This document shows, in pieces, positions 8,611 through 18,294 of a stretch of DNA of 64,000 bases (its first letter is position 1; each line of letters begins with the position of its first letter). The notes below the pieces were generated by a model, which saw nothing but the letters and a program-made list of their open reading frames with translations, did no database searches and had not been told where the DNA came from. The translations under genes were made by a program, and so were the position numbers. Origin of the DNA: a virus; the IMG/VR virus record IMGVR_UViG_3300026613_000033, positions 505 through 64,504 of that record. One strand, written 5' to 3'.

Positions 8611-11600
8611 TTATAATGCTGTGTGACCTTGGAATACGAATTCGCCTGCAACATCAGATATGAATGTAACAAGTGAGTATTGGCCACCAGTTTTTGTATG
8701 ATTCGATGTATTATTTAGTAAAGCATTTCCGCCCGTACCGTCACCGACAAAATTAACGTCACCAGTATTAGCCTGAACCACTGAGAAAGTGAAACCTAAA
8801 GGTAAGCTATCAGGTACAGTCAAATCCACCGCCGTTGTATTGGTGAAGCGTAAAACCTTACCCGCATCGGATGCCTGTACAGTGTAATTAACGCTATGCT
8901 CATCGATTGTTAAATCTGTGCTACCCGCGTTATCGTCAACATACTTCTTGGTCGCGATGTAAAGGTCTTCGTCACCGCCAGTCATATTCTCAGTTTGTGT
9001 ATCAAGACTGATATTAGTGTTCGCGTTCAATGTCACCGCGCCTGTAGAGGCCGTGATAGTTGAGTTCGCACCAGTGGCGGTAAAGCTACCTGTACCACTT
9101 GTAATTTGAACACCATTACCACTTAGAAGATTCATTAAACCGCTACCGCTTGATAACGTTAAACCAGTACCACCCGCAACGTACATTGTTGTACCACCTA
9201 CGAAAGAGGCAGTAGAACCCGGCGCAGAAGTAATATCAATATTACCATCACTAACAAACGAAGTTAATGTACCGTCAATGTCGAATACCGTCGATAAATT
9301 CCAGTTAGTACCAGACTTAACACCACGGATATATTGACCTGCGAATTTAGACTGATATGTTGTACCTTCACTCAAACCATTGACGTAAATAGTGTCGCCA
9401 CCTTGAGCCTGAAATTCAGGTAAGTAAAGTGGGTTTACAGTTTGGTCAATTAACAACTCAAAAGACGTATCATCGTATGAAGCTGTATCTGGTAAAATCC
9501 AAGTAGAGCTTGCCGCTGTGTCAGTAATTTGTGAAATAACACGGTCGCCAACTTCAATTGTATCTGTAGCAACTGTACCAGAAACCACACGCCAGTTTGA
9601 AATACTGTCATCGACATAACCTTTCGTTGCAACATACAATGCTGAATCATTTCCAGTCATCGCCGAAGTCTGTTGATTCAGACTCACGTTCGTGCTACCT
9701 GAAACAATCGCTTGACCAGTTGTTGACGTAATAGAAGCAACCGTATTACCAGTTACAGAAGCTGAGCTACCAGTTAATACGGCACCTTGGTTCGGCGCTT
9801 CTAATGTAAGGTCAGCGTTCTGTGCGGTGATTGTAATACCTGTACCAACCGACGTTGATTCAATGTCGATGTCGCCAGTCGTTGTGTAATCTTCAGTAAG
9901 GCCACCCGCAGATGAAGCGAATAAGTGCCATTGGCTATTTGTTCTAACACCACGGATATATTGACCATCGAATTCAGCGGTATAACCACCAACGCCAACG
10001 CCGTTCACGAAAATAGAACTAGGTGATGTCAAGTTAGGTAGTGTACCATCGGAATCAATAATCATCTCGAATGAGTAACCTTCGTACTCACTGTTATTCG
10101 GCATGATGAATGAAGTAGGCGTTAATGAGTTACTTGCATTCGCAACTATCTTCTCATCTTTACCGATGGTGTATGTCGCTAACGTAGAACCCGTTACTCT
10201 ATTCCAAGACTTATTCGTACTTACTGATAAGTACCAAGTTGAGTTAATGAAAACACCCTTGACGTATTGACCATCAAAATCAACTGGCCATGTCGTACCT
10301 TGGTTTACACCATTGACATAAATCGTAGAACTCGAAGTGAAGTTTGGTAACACCGAGCCATTTTGTTCAATGACAGCTTCGAAAGATGTGTCATCGTAAT
10401 CCGCTGCACTAGATAAGAACCAGTTTGTGGCTGTTATACCACTGTTACCAGAAGTCGCTATGACAACACGGTCGTCAACCAAAATTGAACCGCCTGTTAA
10501 AGAGGTCGATGCCACCCTTCTCCATGTTGGGTCATACGCATCAGTACCTGCAACATACAAGAACGTACCAACTGACGTTCTGATAACACGAATGTTATCA
10601 CCAATGTTTGATGTGTATGTACTTGAGCCACTATCCACGCCATTGATAATCCAGTTACCAGATGGTGAAGTTAATGTCGGTGTACGTGTATCCAATACAA
10701 TATCAGAAATAGATATTTCGGCATCCAATGGGTTATCTGAACCAAAGGTGATATTCGTTCTACTTGCACCGAAGTATGAATCAACTAAATGCTTTTCACC
10801 ATTTTGAACAACAATACTAGAAACACTAGTACCCGTTGTCACGATGGTTTCATCACTGCCTGTATCAGGTACGGCATTTAAGTCGAAGATGTTCCAGTTT
10901 TGGCCAATCTTCACGAACCTATAGTTGTCGTTACCAGTCTTCGGTAAATTGAACGTACTACTACCCGTTGACACACCATCTTTATGAAAGTAGAAACCAG
11001 ATGATGAGCTACCTGTATAAACAGATGTGAAACCACTTGCTGTACCAACACGGGCACTACTGAATTCAACAACCGTACCGTCGGGCGAGAAAGCGTTTAA
11101 TGTAAGTTGTGCCGTACCCGCCGATGAAGAAACCTCAGAGAAACGATAATTCACATTGGCACGTTCTGTGTTTATTGAGAAAGTACCTCGTGATGAATCC
11201 AATAAGTAATATTTGTAAGGTGGTTCTATGAAACCATACTGCGAATTACCATCATCTATGAAATTGGCGATAATGCCGTAACTACTGAAATCATGATACA
11301 TTTGCTCAAGTGGTATCCTTGAACCCACACCCATATCATTAATCCTAAGCTTCCACGATGAACCACCTTGAAATGTAAAGCTTTCTATATTAACGTTATG
11401 ACCGTTGGCATAAATGTACCAATCGTTATTATTAATAGAGTTGAATGAACCATTTAATGTGATGTCACCATAAAGGTATAAGTAAACAGAGGTAGTTGAC
11501 TGGATGATATAATGTGACACATCACCAGTACCATCCAAGAAAACATTACCAATGTAACGACTTGATGAATCTGTGAAATCCAATAATGGGTCACTGTTCG

Positions 11601-13212
11601 TGTAGTTATTGAATGAAACCCTCACCTTCTTATCAAACATCGGCAAATTACTACCAAATGTTGCACCACCACTCATGTTAATGGATACTGGACTAGAACT
11701 AGCGTCATTTTGGTCATTGTAGTTACCACGGATGACCACCGAACTCCAATCGAGGTTGGCGTAATCCGTTGATGATAAACTCATTGACTGATTAAGATTG
11801 ATTGTAGGATAGCCGCCACCCGTCACATTGGCTAGATAATCATTTAAGTCAGCCACTAATAATGATTCATCGAAGTAAGCATCCGATGGAGCGTATTGGT
11901 TGAATGTACCATAAACGAAAAGTTTTTCTAACGTCGGTGATGCCGCGTTCGGGTCGAATAAACCATCTAGTTTATTAACACCGCCGTTTTCATCGACTAA
12001 TACGATGTCGCCATTAGAGTATGTGATACCGCCGATTGTAGCAGGCACCGTTAAGCTAGATGTATCCAACTTGACGATTTCACGGTAGTATTCTTTTGCA
12101 ATAGGTAATACTTCACTGGTGTCATCTGTTAAAGTTAATGTACGGCTGTACGGCTTAGACACACGAGTGTAATCTGTTGCATCTTCAACGTAGATGATTT
12201 CTTCTGGGATAATATCAGACTCAACTGGTGAACCAGTGATTAACGCCAAACTACCCTGTACTTCTGGTGGGAAATCATCTTGTGTATATGATGTTGACTC
12301 ATTGAAGATAAGTGGGGCACCCGCGATAGTTTGCGTAGGTACAACATTTCTTAGACTGTAGTCTGTGATTGTATCGGTTCCTGATTTATTATAGTAAACC
12401 ACGAATGATGCGTTATCATCAGTCATTTCAGCCGCAGTTGCATAGCCACCGTAAATAGGGATACCAACGATAGTACCGCCAGTCACATCAGTTGTCATAT
12501 CATTGATGTACAACTCAATATCCATGGTGTCATTGCTGTTGTAACGGTATTTGAAACCAATGGTATTAGTTGATGCCATCGAAGGTATAGTGTAATTATT
12601 ACCATTAATGTCAATTTCACCACCAGTGCTACTTAATTGCATAGTGGCTAAAATGACAAACTTATCATTAGCGGGGTTGATGACGAAATCATCACTATTG
12701 AATTGAATAACGTATACTATCGCAGCGTCCGTAGAAGCCGTCACAAACGGGTCAAGTTCAAGGTAAACCGAATAGAATGTATCTAAGTCCATGTCAACGT
12801 CGAATGGATTACCTAATGCAGTGGCCTGACCGTCACCCGTGACTGTGATTTCTTCGGTGATGTAAGAAGCATTAGCGTCTGGACCTGTTAAACCATTTGA
12901 TACAATTAAAGCTGTATTGGTTTCGAAATCAACTGGGTTATCAGAAACTATTGATGAACCAGTGACTTCATATTCAACAAGACCACCGCCGCCAGAAGAG
13001 CTACCGAAACGCCCCCATGCGCCATCCTTATAAAGAATAGAATCACCCGTCACGAACGTTTCTGTGTTCACTGTACCGTCGTCTTCTGCGACATATACGA
13101 AGCCCTCAGACGTATCTGTAGGGAATGCACCAGATGAAGGATTCCATGGCTTTCTCAATAATAAATTTGTTGACCCATCACCGTAGATGAAATCTGAAAT
13201 TGGCTTACTCAT
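8611..13212 (-). CDS. Long tail fibre (1533 aa) with tandem ~95-aa domains and C-terminal tip domain Y
   Basis: Gly/Ser/Thr-rich; repeated units ending FDGQY.RG...W.LS; two ATK.YVD motifs; C-terminus YTVQASDAGK.L.F...T.P...GF.FSVVQ...G.V is homologous to the end of ORF 18295. Confidence 0.8.
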   Translation of the reverse strand: MSKPISDFIYGDGSTNLLLRKPWNPSSGAFPTDTSEGFVYVAEDDGTVNTETFVTGDSILYKDGAWGRFGSSSGGGGLVEYEVTGSSIVSDNPVDFETNTALIVSNGLTGPDANASYITEEITVTGDGQATALGNPFDVDMDLDTFYSVYLELDPFVTASTDAAIVYVIQFNSDDFVINPANDKFVILATMQLSSTGGEIDINGNNYTIPSMASTNTIGFKYRYNSNDTMDIELYINDMTTDVTGGTIVGIPIYGGYATAAEMTDDNASFVVYYNKSGTDTITDYSLRNVVPTQTIAGAPLIFNESTSYTQDDFPPEVQGSLALITGSPVESDIIPEEIIYVEDATDYTRVSKPYSRTLTLTDDTSEVLPIAKEYYREIVKLDTSSLTVPATIGGITYSNGDIVLVDENGGVNKLDGLFDPNAASPTLEKLFVYGTFNQYAPSDAYFDESLLVADLNDYLANVTGGGYPTINLNQSMSLSSTDYANLDWSSVVIRGNYNDQNDASSSPVSINMSGGATFGSNLPMFDKKVRVSFNNYTNSDPLLDFTDSSSRYIGNVFLDGTGDVSHYIIQSTTSVYLYLYGDITLNGSFNSINNNDWYIYANGHNVNIESFTFQGGSSWKLRINDMGVGSRIPLEQMYHDFSSYGIIANFIDDGNSQYGFIEPPYKYYLLDSSRGTFSINTERANVNYRFSEVSSSAGTAQLTLNAFSPDGTVVEFSSARVGTASGFTSVYTGSSSSGFYFHKDGVSTGSSTFNLPKTGNDNYRFVKIGQNWNIFDLNAVPDTGSDETIVTTGTSVSSIVVQNGEKHLVDSYFGASRTNITFGSDNPLDAEISISDIVLDTRTPTLTSPSGNWIINGVDSGSSTYTSNIGDNIRVIRTSVGTFLYVAGTDAYDPTWRRVASTSLTGGSILVDDRVVIATSGNSGITATNWFLSSAADYDDTSFEAVIEQNGSVLPNFTSSSTIYVNGVNQGTTWPVDFDGQYVKGVFINSTWYLSVSTNKSWNRVTGSTLATYTIGKDEKIVANASNSLTPTSFIMPNNSEYEGYSFEMIIDSDGTLPNLTSPSSIFVNGVGVGGYTAEFDGQYIRGVRTNSQWHLFASSAGGLTEDYTTTGDIDIESTSVGTGITITAQNADLTLEAPNQGAVLTGSSASVTGNTVASITSTTGQAIVSGSTNVSLNQQTSAMTGNDSALYVATKGYVDDSISNWRVVSGTVATDTIEVGDRVISQITDTAASSTWILPDTASYDDTSFELLIDQTVNPLYLPEFQAQGGDTIYVNGLSEGTTYQSKFAGQYIRGVKSGTNWNLSTVFDIDGTLTSFVSDGNIDITSAPGSTASFVGGTTMYVAGGTGLTLSSGSGLMNLLSGNGVQITSGTGSFTATGANSTITASTGAVTLNANTNISLDTQTENMTGGDEDLYIATKKYVDDNAGSTDLTIDEHSVNYTVQASDAGKVLRFTNTTAVDLTVPDSLPLGFTFSVVQANTGDVNFVGDGTGGNALLNNTSNHTKTGGQYSLVTFISDVAGEFVFQGHTAL

Positions 13213-13236
13213 TATTGTTATTCTCTTTATTCTTTA

Positions 13237-14385
13237 TTAAATTTTTATTCTTGTGTATCGGCCTGCCGTTCCTTGCTTACCGAATACTAGTAATTCATTA
13301 TGCTTATTCAATTGAACATGATAATCGTAACCGCTACCCCATGGTAAATCGGCTTCAGCTATTGTCGTATACTCTTGGGTGGGTAATACCAAAGATGAGT
13401 AATCACCTGTTACCGTTTTTACAACCCAAGTGTTATCACTATTGTCTCTATAACAAACACTAACTTGCCCATCCGACGACATAACGTAACTTAAATCGAA
13501 AGCGGTGATACCTGTACCACCACTGTAGTCTGTGTCGCCAAAATTTCGCCACACTGTATTCGATGTGTCCACGCCTTCGGCTTCGATGAAATAAAAGTTT
13601 TCGTCGCCTTCGTAAGCGTATAGGTATTGTCCATCGTTGGTTATTCTGGCACGGACGGTGAAATCAGCCGTGTTGTATTTTCTACCAACTATCGTAAGAT
13701 TATTTATGCCGCTACCTTGGTCATAATCGAAGTCAAATACATATTTATTAGAGGTTACGTTGACCACAAAACGCCTTGGGTTATCTAAAGCGAAATCCCA
13801 ATCTTTTATGCTCACTGAACCAAAAGACCAACTTTCGCCACTATCGACGTATGTTGTACCATTGAAATACCATAAGCTGAAAATCCTTGGTGTGTTCGGT
13901 ACAAGGACAACATTACCGTCGGGTGAAACTAAAGGCCCAACCGAAGGATATGAACCCCCGAAATCAGATAAAGCAATTGTGATGTCAATGTCAAATGTCG
14001 CCCAATCATCAGATGATGCCAGTATACGAGCATTATTATTTGTACCCAGATTACCGAGAGCTTGACCCAAAGCAACAATATTACCTTCTTTGTTCGCTGA
14101 AACAGTTTGACCCCACTGGTTATTGTAACTGAAACGAGTAACACCACTTGTGTTGCCATAGCTTTGAAAATCTGTGTAATAAACATTGTAATTTATTATG
14201 TTTGCACCATTGATAAAATCGCGGTATCCAGAAAACAAAACTTTACTTGTACCATTGGCCGAAACTTGGTTTTCATCAGTCACCCATAACCCATCGGTGG
14301 CCACGAATTCTTGGTATTCGGTGTCAGCCGTCAAATCAACGGTAGTCATTCTAAACGTGCCATCTGGCACTACTATGTTACTCAT
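13237..14385 (-). CDS. Beta-propeller protein, paralog 3
   Basis: 382 aa; repeated xSxDGxx blade motifs (VSANKEG, VSPDGN, ITNDGQ, MSSDGQ); tandem with two relatives. Confidence 0.7.
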   Translation of the reverse strand: MSNIVVPDGTFRMTTVDLTADTEYQEFVATDGLWVTDENQVSANGTSKVLFSGYRDFINGANIINYNVYYTDFQSYGNTSGVTRFSYNNQWGQTVSANKEGNIVALGQALGNLGTNNNARILASSDDWATFDIDITIALSDFGGSYPSVGPLVSPDGNVVLVPNTPRIFSLWYFNGTTYVDSGESWSFGSVSIKDWDFALDNPRRFVVNVTSNKYVFDFDYDQGSGINNLTIVGRKYNTADFTVRARITNDGQYLYAYEGDENFYFIEAEGVDTSNTVWRNFGDTDYSGGTGITAFDLSYVMSSDGQVSVCYRDNSDNTWVVKTVTGDYSSLVLPTQEYTTIAEADLPWGSGYDYHVQLNKHNELLVFGKQGTAGRYTRIKI

Positions 14386-15506
14386 TACCTAATACCTCCC
14401 GTCAATGGCTCATATCCCATTTTAACCACCTTGTGATTAAAGCTTTCTCCCCTATAACAAACAATCATTTCAGTCATGCTAAATGGAACGATGTAATTAA
14501 CAATATCGCCGAAAGCTGTTTCCAAATCCGCCACATTTATCTTCGCATGTTGAATCAATGTTGACATATCATAACCAGTTGTGCTATCATCCAATGTCGG
14601 GTAAACGAAACGAACGTAATCGTCGTCGCCACGGTAAGCAACCATAGGTACATACTTTCCATCACTTTTAGCGAAGTTGTATGAGCCATAGAATGCTGTA
14701 CATGATTCGGATTCCATTGATATGACCACTGGGGAACTAGGTGTACTTACGGCACCCACATTCCAGTACAAATCGTTTGCAAAATAGTCGTTATAAAAAA
14801 CCACATCACCCGTATATGAAACCGCCATCGTTGTATCATTGGTGCTATAAAATGGCACAATGTTGTAATATGAGAAAGAACCCATACTGGTTCCAGTTAT
14901 ATCAGCTCGATATATTCTATAATCCTGTTGAACATATTCATAAACCAATGCAAAAACTCTCGAACCGTCAGCCGAAATTTTAATCTGTTGAATACGTGCG
15001 TATGTAGCCAAGTCTCGACTTGAGCGAAGTGCCAAACCAGTACCATTGAACTCACGTAATTCAATTATGGCTTGGTCAGACTGGTGTCTTGCCGCCACTA
15101 AACTTCCATCTTCGTTAAGGTCGAATGCTCTAATCTGACCAGATGATAAAATAACAGAGCCGCTAGAAGACCAATCGTTATCAACGGATGTGTCGTAATA
15201 GTAAACACGTTGAGTACCATTGATATAAGCCATTATTTTTGTGCCGTCATTGCTTATACGACATGATGTGTTAAAAGTTGCATTACGCAAGAAGCTTTGT
15301 TGGTTTTTGTAAGCCTTGAATCGATAAACAGAACCCAATCCAGTTGAATCGTTTGCAAGAGCAACCGTTTTATTCACTGGTGAGAAATCAATCCCATATG
15401 CATATGGCTCAAAATCAACTGCGTTATCACCCGCGCCACTGTCTGGTAGCACTTTATTAACACCAACCCACTTCAATGAGCCGTCATTTGTATTAACGTC
15501 AGTCAT
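14385..15506 (-). CDS. Beta-propeller protein, paralog 2
   Basis: Likely start MTDVNT at 15506 with GGAGG RBS; blades ISNDGT, LNEDGS, ISADGS; C-terminus H.KI...DL...PFSMTEMIVCY is shared with paralog 1. Confidence 0.75.
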   Translation of the reverse strand: MTDVNTNDGSLKWVGVNKVLPDSGAGDNAVDFEPYAYGIDFSPVNKTVALANDSTGLGSVYRFKAYKNQQSFLRNATFNTSCRISNDGTKIMAYINGTQRVYYYDTSVDNDWSSSGSVILSSGQIRAFDLNEDGSLVAARHQSDQAIIELREFNGTGLALRSSRDLATYARIQQIKISADGSRVFALVYEYVQQDYRIYRADITGTSMGSFSYYNIVPFYSTNDTTMAVSYTGDVVFYNDYFANDLYWNVGAVSTPSSPVVISMESESCTAFYGSYNFAKSDGKYVPMVAYRGDDDYVRFVYPTLDDSTTGYDMSTLIQHAKINVADLETAFGDIVNYIVPFSMTEMIVCYRGESFNHKVVKMGYEPLTGGIR

Positions 15507-15507
15507 C

Positions 15508-16680
15508 TTATAATTCCTCCAATTCAAAGCCGTTCGACAATGGTGTGTAACTGACCTTTCTCAGTACATTAGTGGATAAGGCGAAATCGTAATAGCACAC
15601 AATCACTTCACTGAAGCTATAAGGCTTAACCCAAATTGGATTCAAGGTGCCATAAGTTAAATCGTTCTCATCGATTTTTCCGTGCATAACCATATTGTCG
15701 AAGTCACAGTCAAAGGTGTCTTCTGGCGTTGGCGTTGGGTATATGATGTAATAGAAGCCAGTGCCCGATTTGTATGATATGATTGGTATTGAATTAGTCG
15801 CCCCTTTAGGTAAAAAATAATCGTACCCAAATTGTGAGTCATACACTGAACCCGTGCCACCATCGACCATGATTGAATCCCAACTGGACGTACTTTCAGT
15901 AGTACCAGTCAAAGTGTAACCCAAGGTGTCGCCACCTTGACATATACCAAACATTTGCGAACCGTCGTGCGTTAATCCAAACTCACCTTGCGAATAACCA
16001 TCGAATGATGAAAACACCACCTTATTCGCAATCTGTGAACCTATGGTATTACCTGATAAGCTGTAAGTTTTCAAACGTCTACTTGTACCATTAAGGTGTC
16101 CAACCACCAGTCGCGTACCGTCGCCTGAAACTTCAATACCGCGTATCTGATTAGTACCCGCCACAACCTGCACAGAGTTACCTGCGAGCAATGAACCACC
16201 ACTGTATTCATGTGCTTGAATGTTATTATCAGATGCCGCCCCGACAACCACATTACCGTCAGCACTCATACCATGTGGGCAAAGACTAAATCTTGATGTG
16301 AAACTTAGTAGCTCATGTGTCTCCCAATCATCGGTTGTTCTGCGATAAAAAATAGTGTCATTACTCGGTGATGACCTTGTTGTCACAACGTCATTGGCCA
16401 AGCTCGTGTTGCAGTGGTTAGTTATAGTTGAAGAACCAAAATAAGTCTGTTCATCAAGCATTTCCACTTGGGTATTTCTGTACGTCTTAAATTCGTAAAC
16501 CCAAATGTGACCTGCTATATCTGTAGTGAATGTCACACGGGGCTTGTTCATTGTTATACGTGCATGTTTAGGTACTTCGGCGAATGAACCTGAACCAGTC
16601 TTTGACGACGTTAAATCAACGACTTCTCTACCGACGTACTTAACTGCTATATTACCTAGTGGTGTATTAATGTCTGTCAT
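15508..16680 (-). CDS. Beta-propeller protein, paralog 1
   Basis: 390 aa; blades MSADGN, VSGDGT, LTHDGS; C-terminus HGKIDENDL...PYSFSEVIVCY. Confidence 0.75.
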   Translation of the reverse strand: MTDINTPLGNIAVKYVGREVVDLTSSKTGSGSFAEVPKHARITMNKPRVTFTTDIAGHIWVYEFKTYRNTQVEMLDEQTYFGSSTITNHCNTSLANDVVTTRSSPSNDTIFYRRTTDDWETHELLSFTSRFSLCPHGMSADGNVVVGAASDNNIQAHEYSGGSLLAGNSVQVVAGTNQIRGIEVSGDGTRLVVGHLNGTSRRLKTYSLSGNTIGSQIANKVVFSSFDGYSQGEFGLTHDGSQMFGICQGGDTLGYTLTGTTESTSSWDSIMVDGGTGSVYDSQFGYDYFLPKGATNSIPIISYKSGTGFYYIIYPTPTPEDTFDCDFDNMVMHGKIDENDLTYGTLNPIWVKPYSFSEVIVCYYDFALSTNVLRKVSYTPLSNGFELEEL

Positions 16681-16697
16681 CTATAATTACCCCTTAA

Positions 16698-18290
16698 TTA
16701 ATTCACGATAACGATGTAATACGTTTCACCGGGTGTGAATCTAATACTGGTTCCACTTCCACCTACACCATCACCCTTAGCAACACGAGCGGCATCACCG
16801 AATGGACCACCTGTGTATGTTAGTGTACATGTGTCAGAACCACCACTACCGAAAAATGTCCAAGTTGGGGGGTCATTAGATGGGTCAGATGAAGCGCCTT
16901 CCCAAATTCTAATATCACTCCAATAACCTGTACTACCCGCGCCATTGGTGTCGAATACAAGTGCGTTGTCATATGAAAAAGGAAAACACGTCACAGCAAT
17001 ATCATTGTCGAAAAATAAACCGTCGATGTCGTAAGGCCCTATGTCTCTAGGTGATAAGTTACCAAATTCGCCACGAAGATAACCATTCTCACTGGCATTA
17101 CCCCCTGCAATCATTGTTTGAATAACGATGCCGCCGTCTAAGATAGTCCATGAGTGGTTATCCACTAAATCATCACGGTTAATTAAAGCAAGACCGTCGT
17201 AACGAGATGTACCGAAATCAACTGTCACATTACTCTGCACAGATTGAACACCCCAACCATTAAGAATATTGTTGTAAGTGGCGGTGTTCATATCATGGTC
17301 TTCCATGAAGCCAATCGCTGTCGTCAAACTTGTGACATCCCAGTTATTGACACCAAGGTTACTTGATGTCGTATTGATATTGGCTAACATGTAATCAGCA
17401 TTGGATAAACTCGATGTGTCCAATGAGCTTAATACGGTGTCATAAGAAACCGCATTTCTAAATAACTCAGACATATCTGTGACATTTGATGTCTCCCAAG
17501 AAGAAATATCACGGTCGAATAGTGGTGCATCTTTAAACGCCGCCGCCATATTCGTCAGAGCCGTGGTAGTAGTCCATGTGGAAATATCACGGTTGAATAC
17601 ATCAGCGCCTTCAAACATACTTGACATATCTTGTAAAGCAGTGAGTACCCATGTCTCGATGTCGCCATTGAAGCTATCCGCTTGCTTGAACATAGATGCC
17701 ATAGTGGTGACAGCAGAAACATCCCAACTACTTAAATCGGACGTAAACAATGAAGCACCTTCGAACATACCAGACATATCAGTGATACCAGTGGTATTCC
17801 AATTTGATAAATTTGCAACCAATGAAGAGTTATCTTTGAACATGTTGCGCATTGATGTGGCCGTACCAATCGTCGGCGGGTCAATCGCAGAATATCCAGA
17901 CAAATTAGTAGCCCCTTCGAACATGTTCTCGAAGTTTGACCAAGTGTTGTTGCCCCAATTCTTAATCGCCGTTATTTTCGTCACATCAGTAGAGCCACCG
18001 AATATAAGTTCGGGTGCTGTACCGCTAATGGTGATGTCATACTCACCCGCCGTCGTGTATGTGTGTGACATACCAGAAGTCGCCGATGAATTAATTACAT
18101 CACTATTACCATCACCCCAGTCGATGGTGATGTTGTATGCTTCGCCATTGGTCAATGGCATGAAGAATGTGTCATTAGCAGAACCACCCGCTAAGGTGGT
18201 ATCTACTTTAAAGATAAATGTTAAAACTGGTACAGGCGTTGGATTCTCATTTGATTCTAATATTCCAGACCTAAAAGCCGCTGTTGACAT
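16698..18290 (-). CDS. PARCEL/DUF285 (BspA-like) adhesin with PKD-like N-terminus and an extra C-terminal domain
   Basis: Likely start MSTAAFRSGIL at 18290 (GGAGG RBS); IDWGDG...HTY...GEYDITI; about 8 PARCEL repeats; cap YNNILNGW...WTILDGG. Confidence 0.85.
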   Translation of the reverse strand: MSTAAFRSGILESNENPTPVPVLTFIFKVDTTLAGGSANDTFFMPLTNGEAYNITIDWGDGNSDVINSSATSGMSHTYTTAGEYDITISGTAPELIFGGSTDVTKITAIKNWGNNTWSNFENMFEGATNLSGYSAIDPPTIGTATSMRNMFKDNSSLVANLSNWNTTGITDMSGMFEGASLFTSDLSSWDVSAVTTMASMFKQADSFNGDIETWVLTALQDMSSMFEGADVFNRDISTWTTTTALTNMAAAFKDAPLFDRDISSWETSNVTDMSELFRNAVSYDTVLSSLDTSSLSNADYMLANINTTSSNLGVNNWDVTSLTTAIGFMEDHDMNTATYNNILNGWGVQSVQSNVTVDFGTSRYDGLALINRDDLVDNHSWTILDGGIVIQTMIAGGNASENGYLRGEFGNLSPRDIGPYDIDGLFFDNDIAVTCFPFSYDNALVFDTNGAGSTGYWSDIRIWEGASSDPSNDPPTWTFFGSGGSDTCTLTYTGGPFGDAARVAKGDGVGGSGTSIRFTPGETYYIVIVN

Positions 18291-18294
18291 TATT

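Noticed and set aside
1-16700. Impression of lower GC in the leftmost fibre genes than in the baseplate core
   Set aside because: Spot counts varied widely between lines; it cannot be supported without a sliding-window GC and codon-usage computation.
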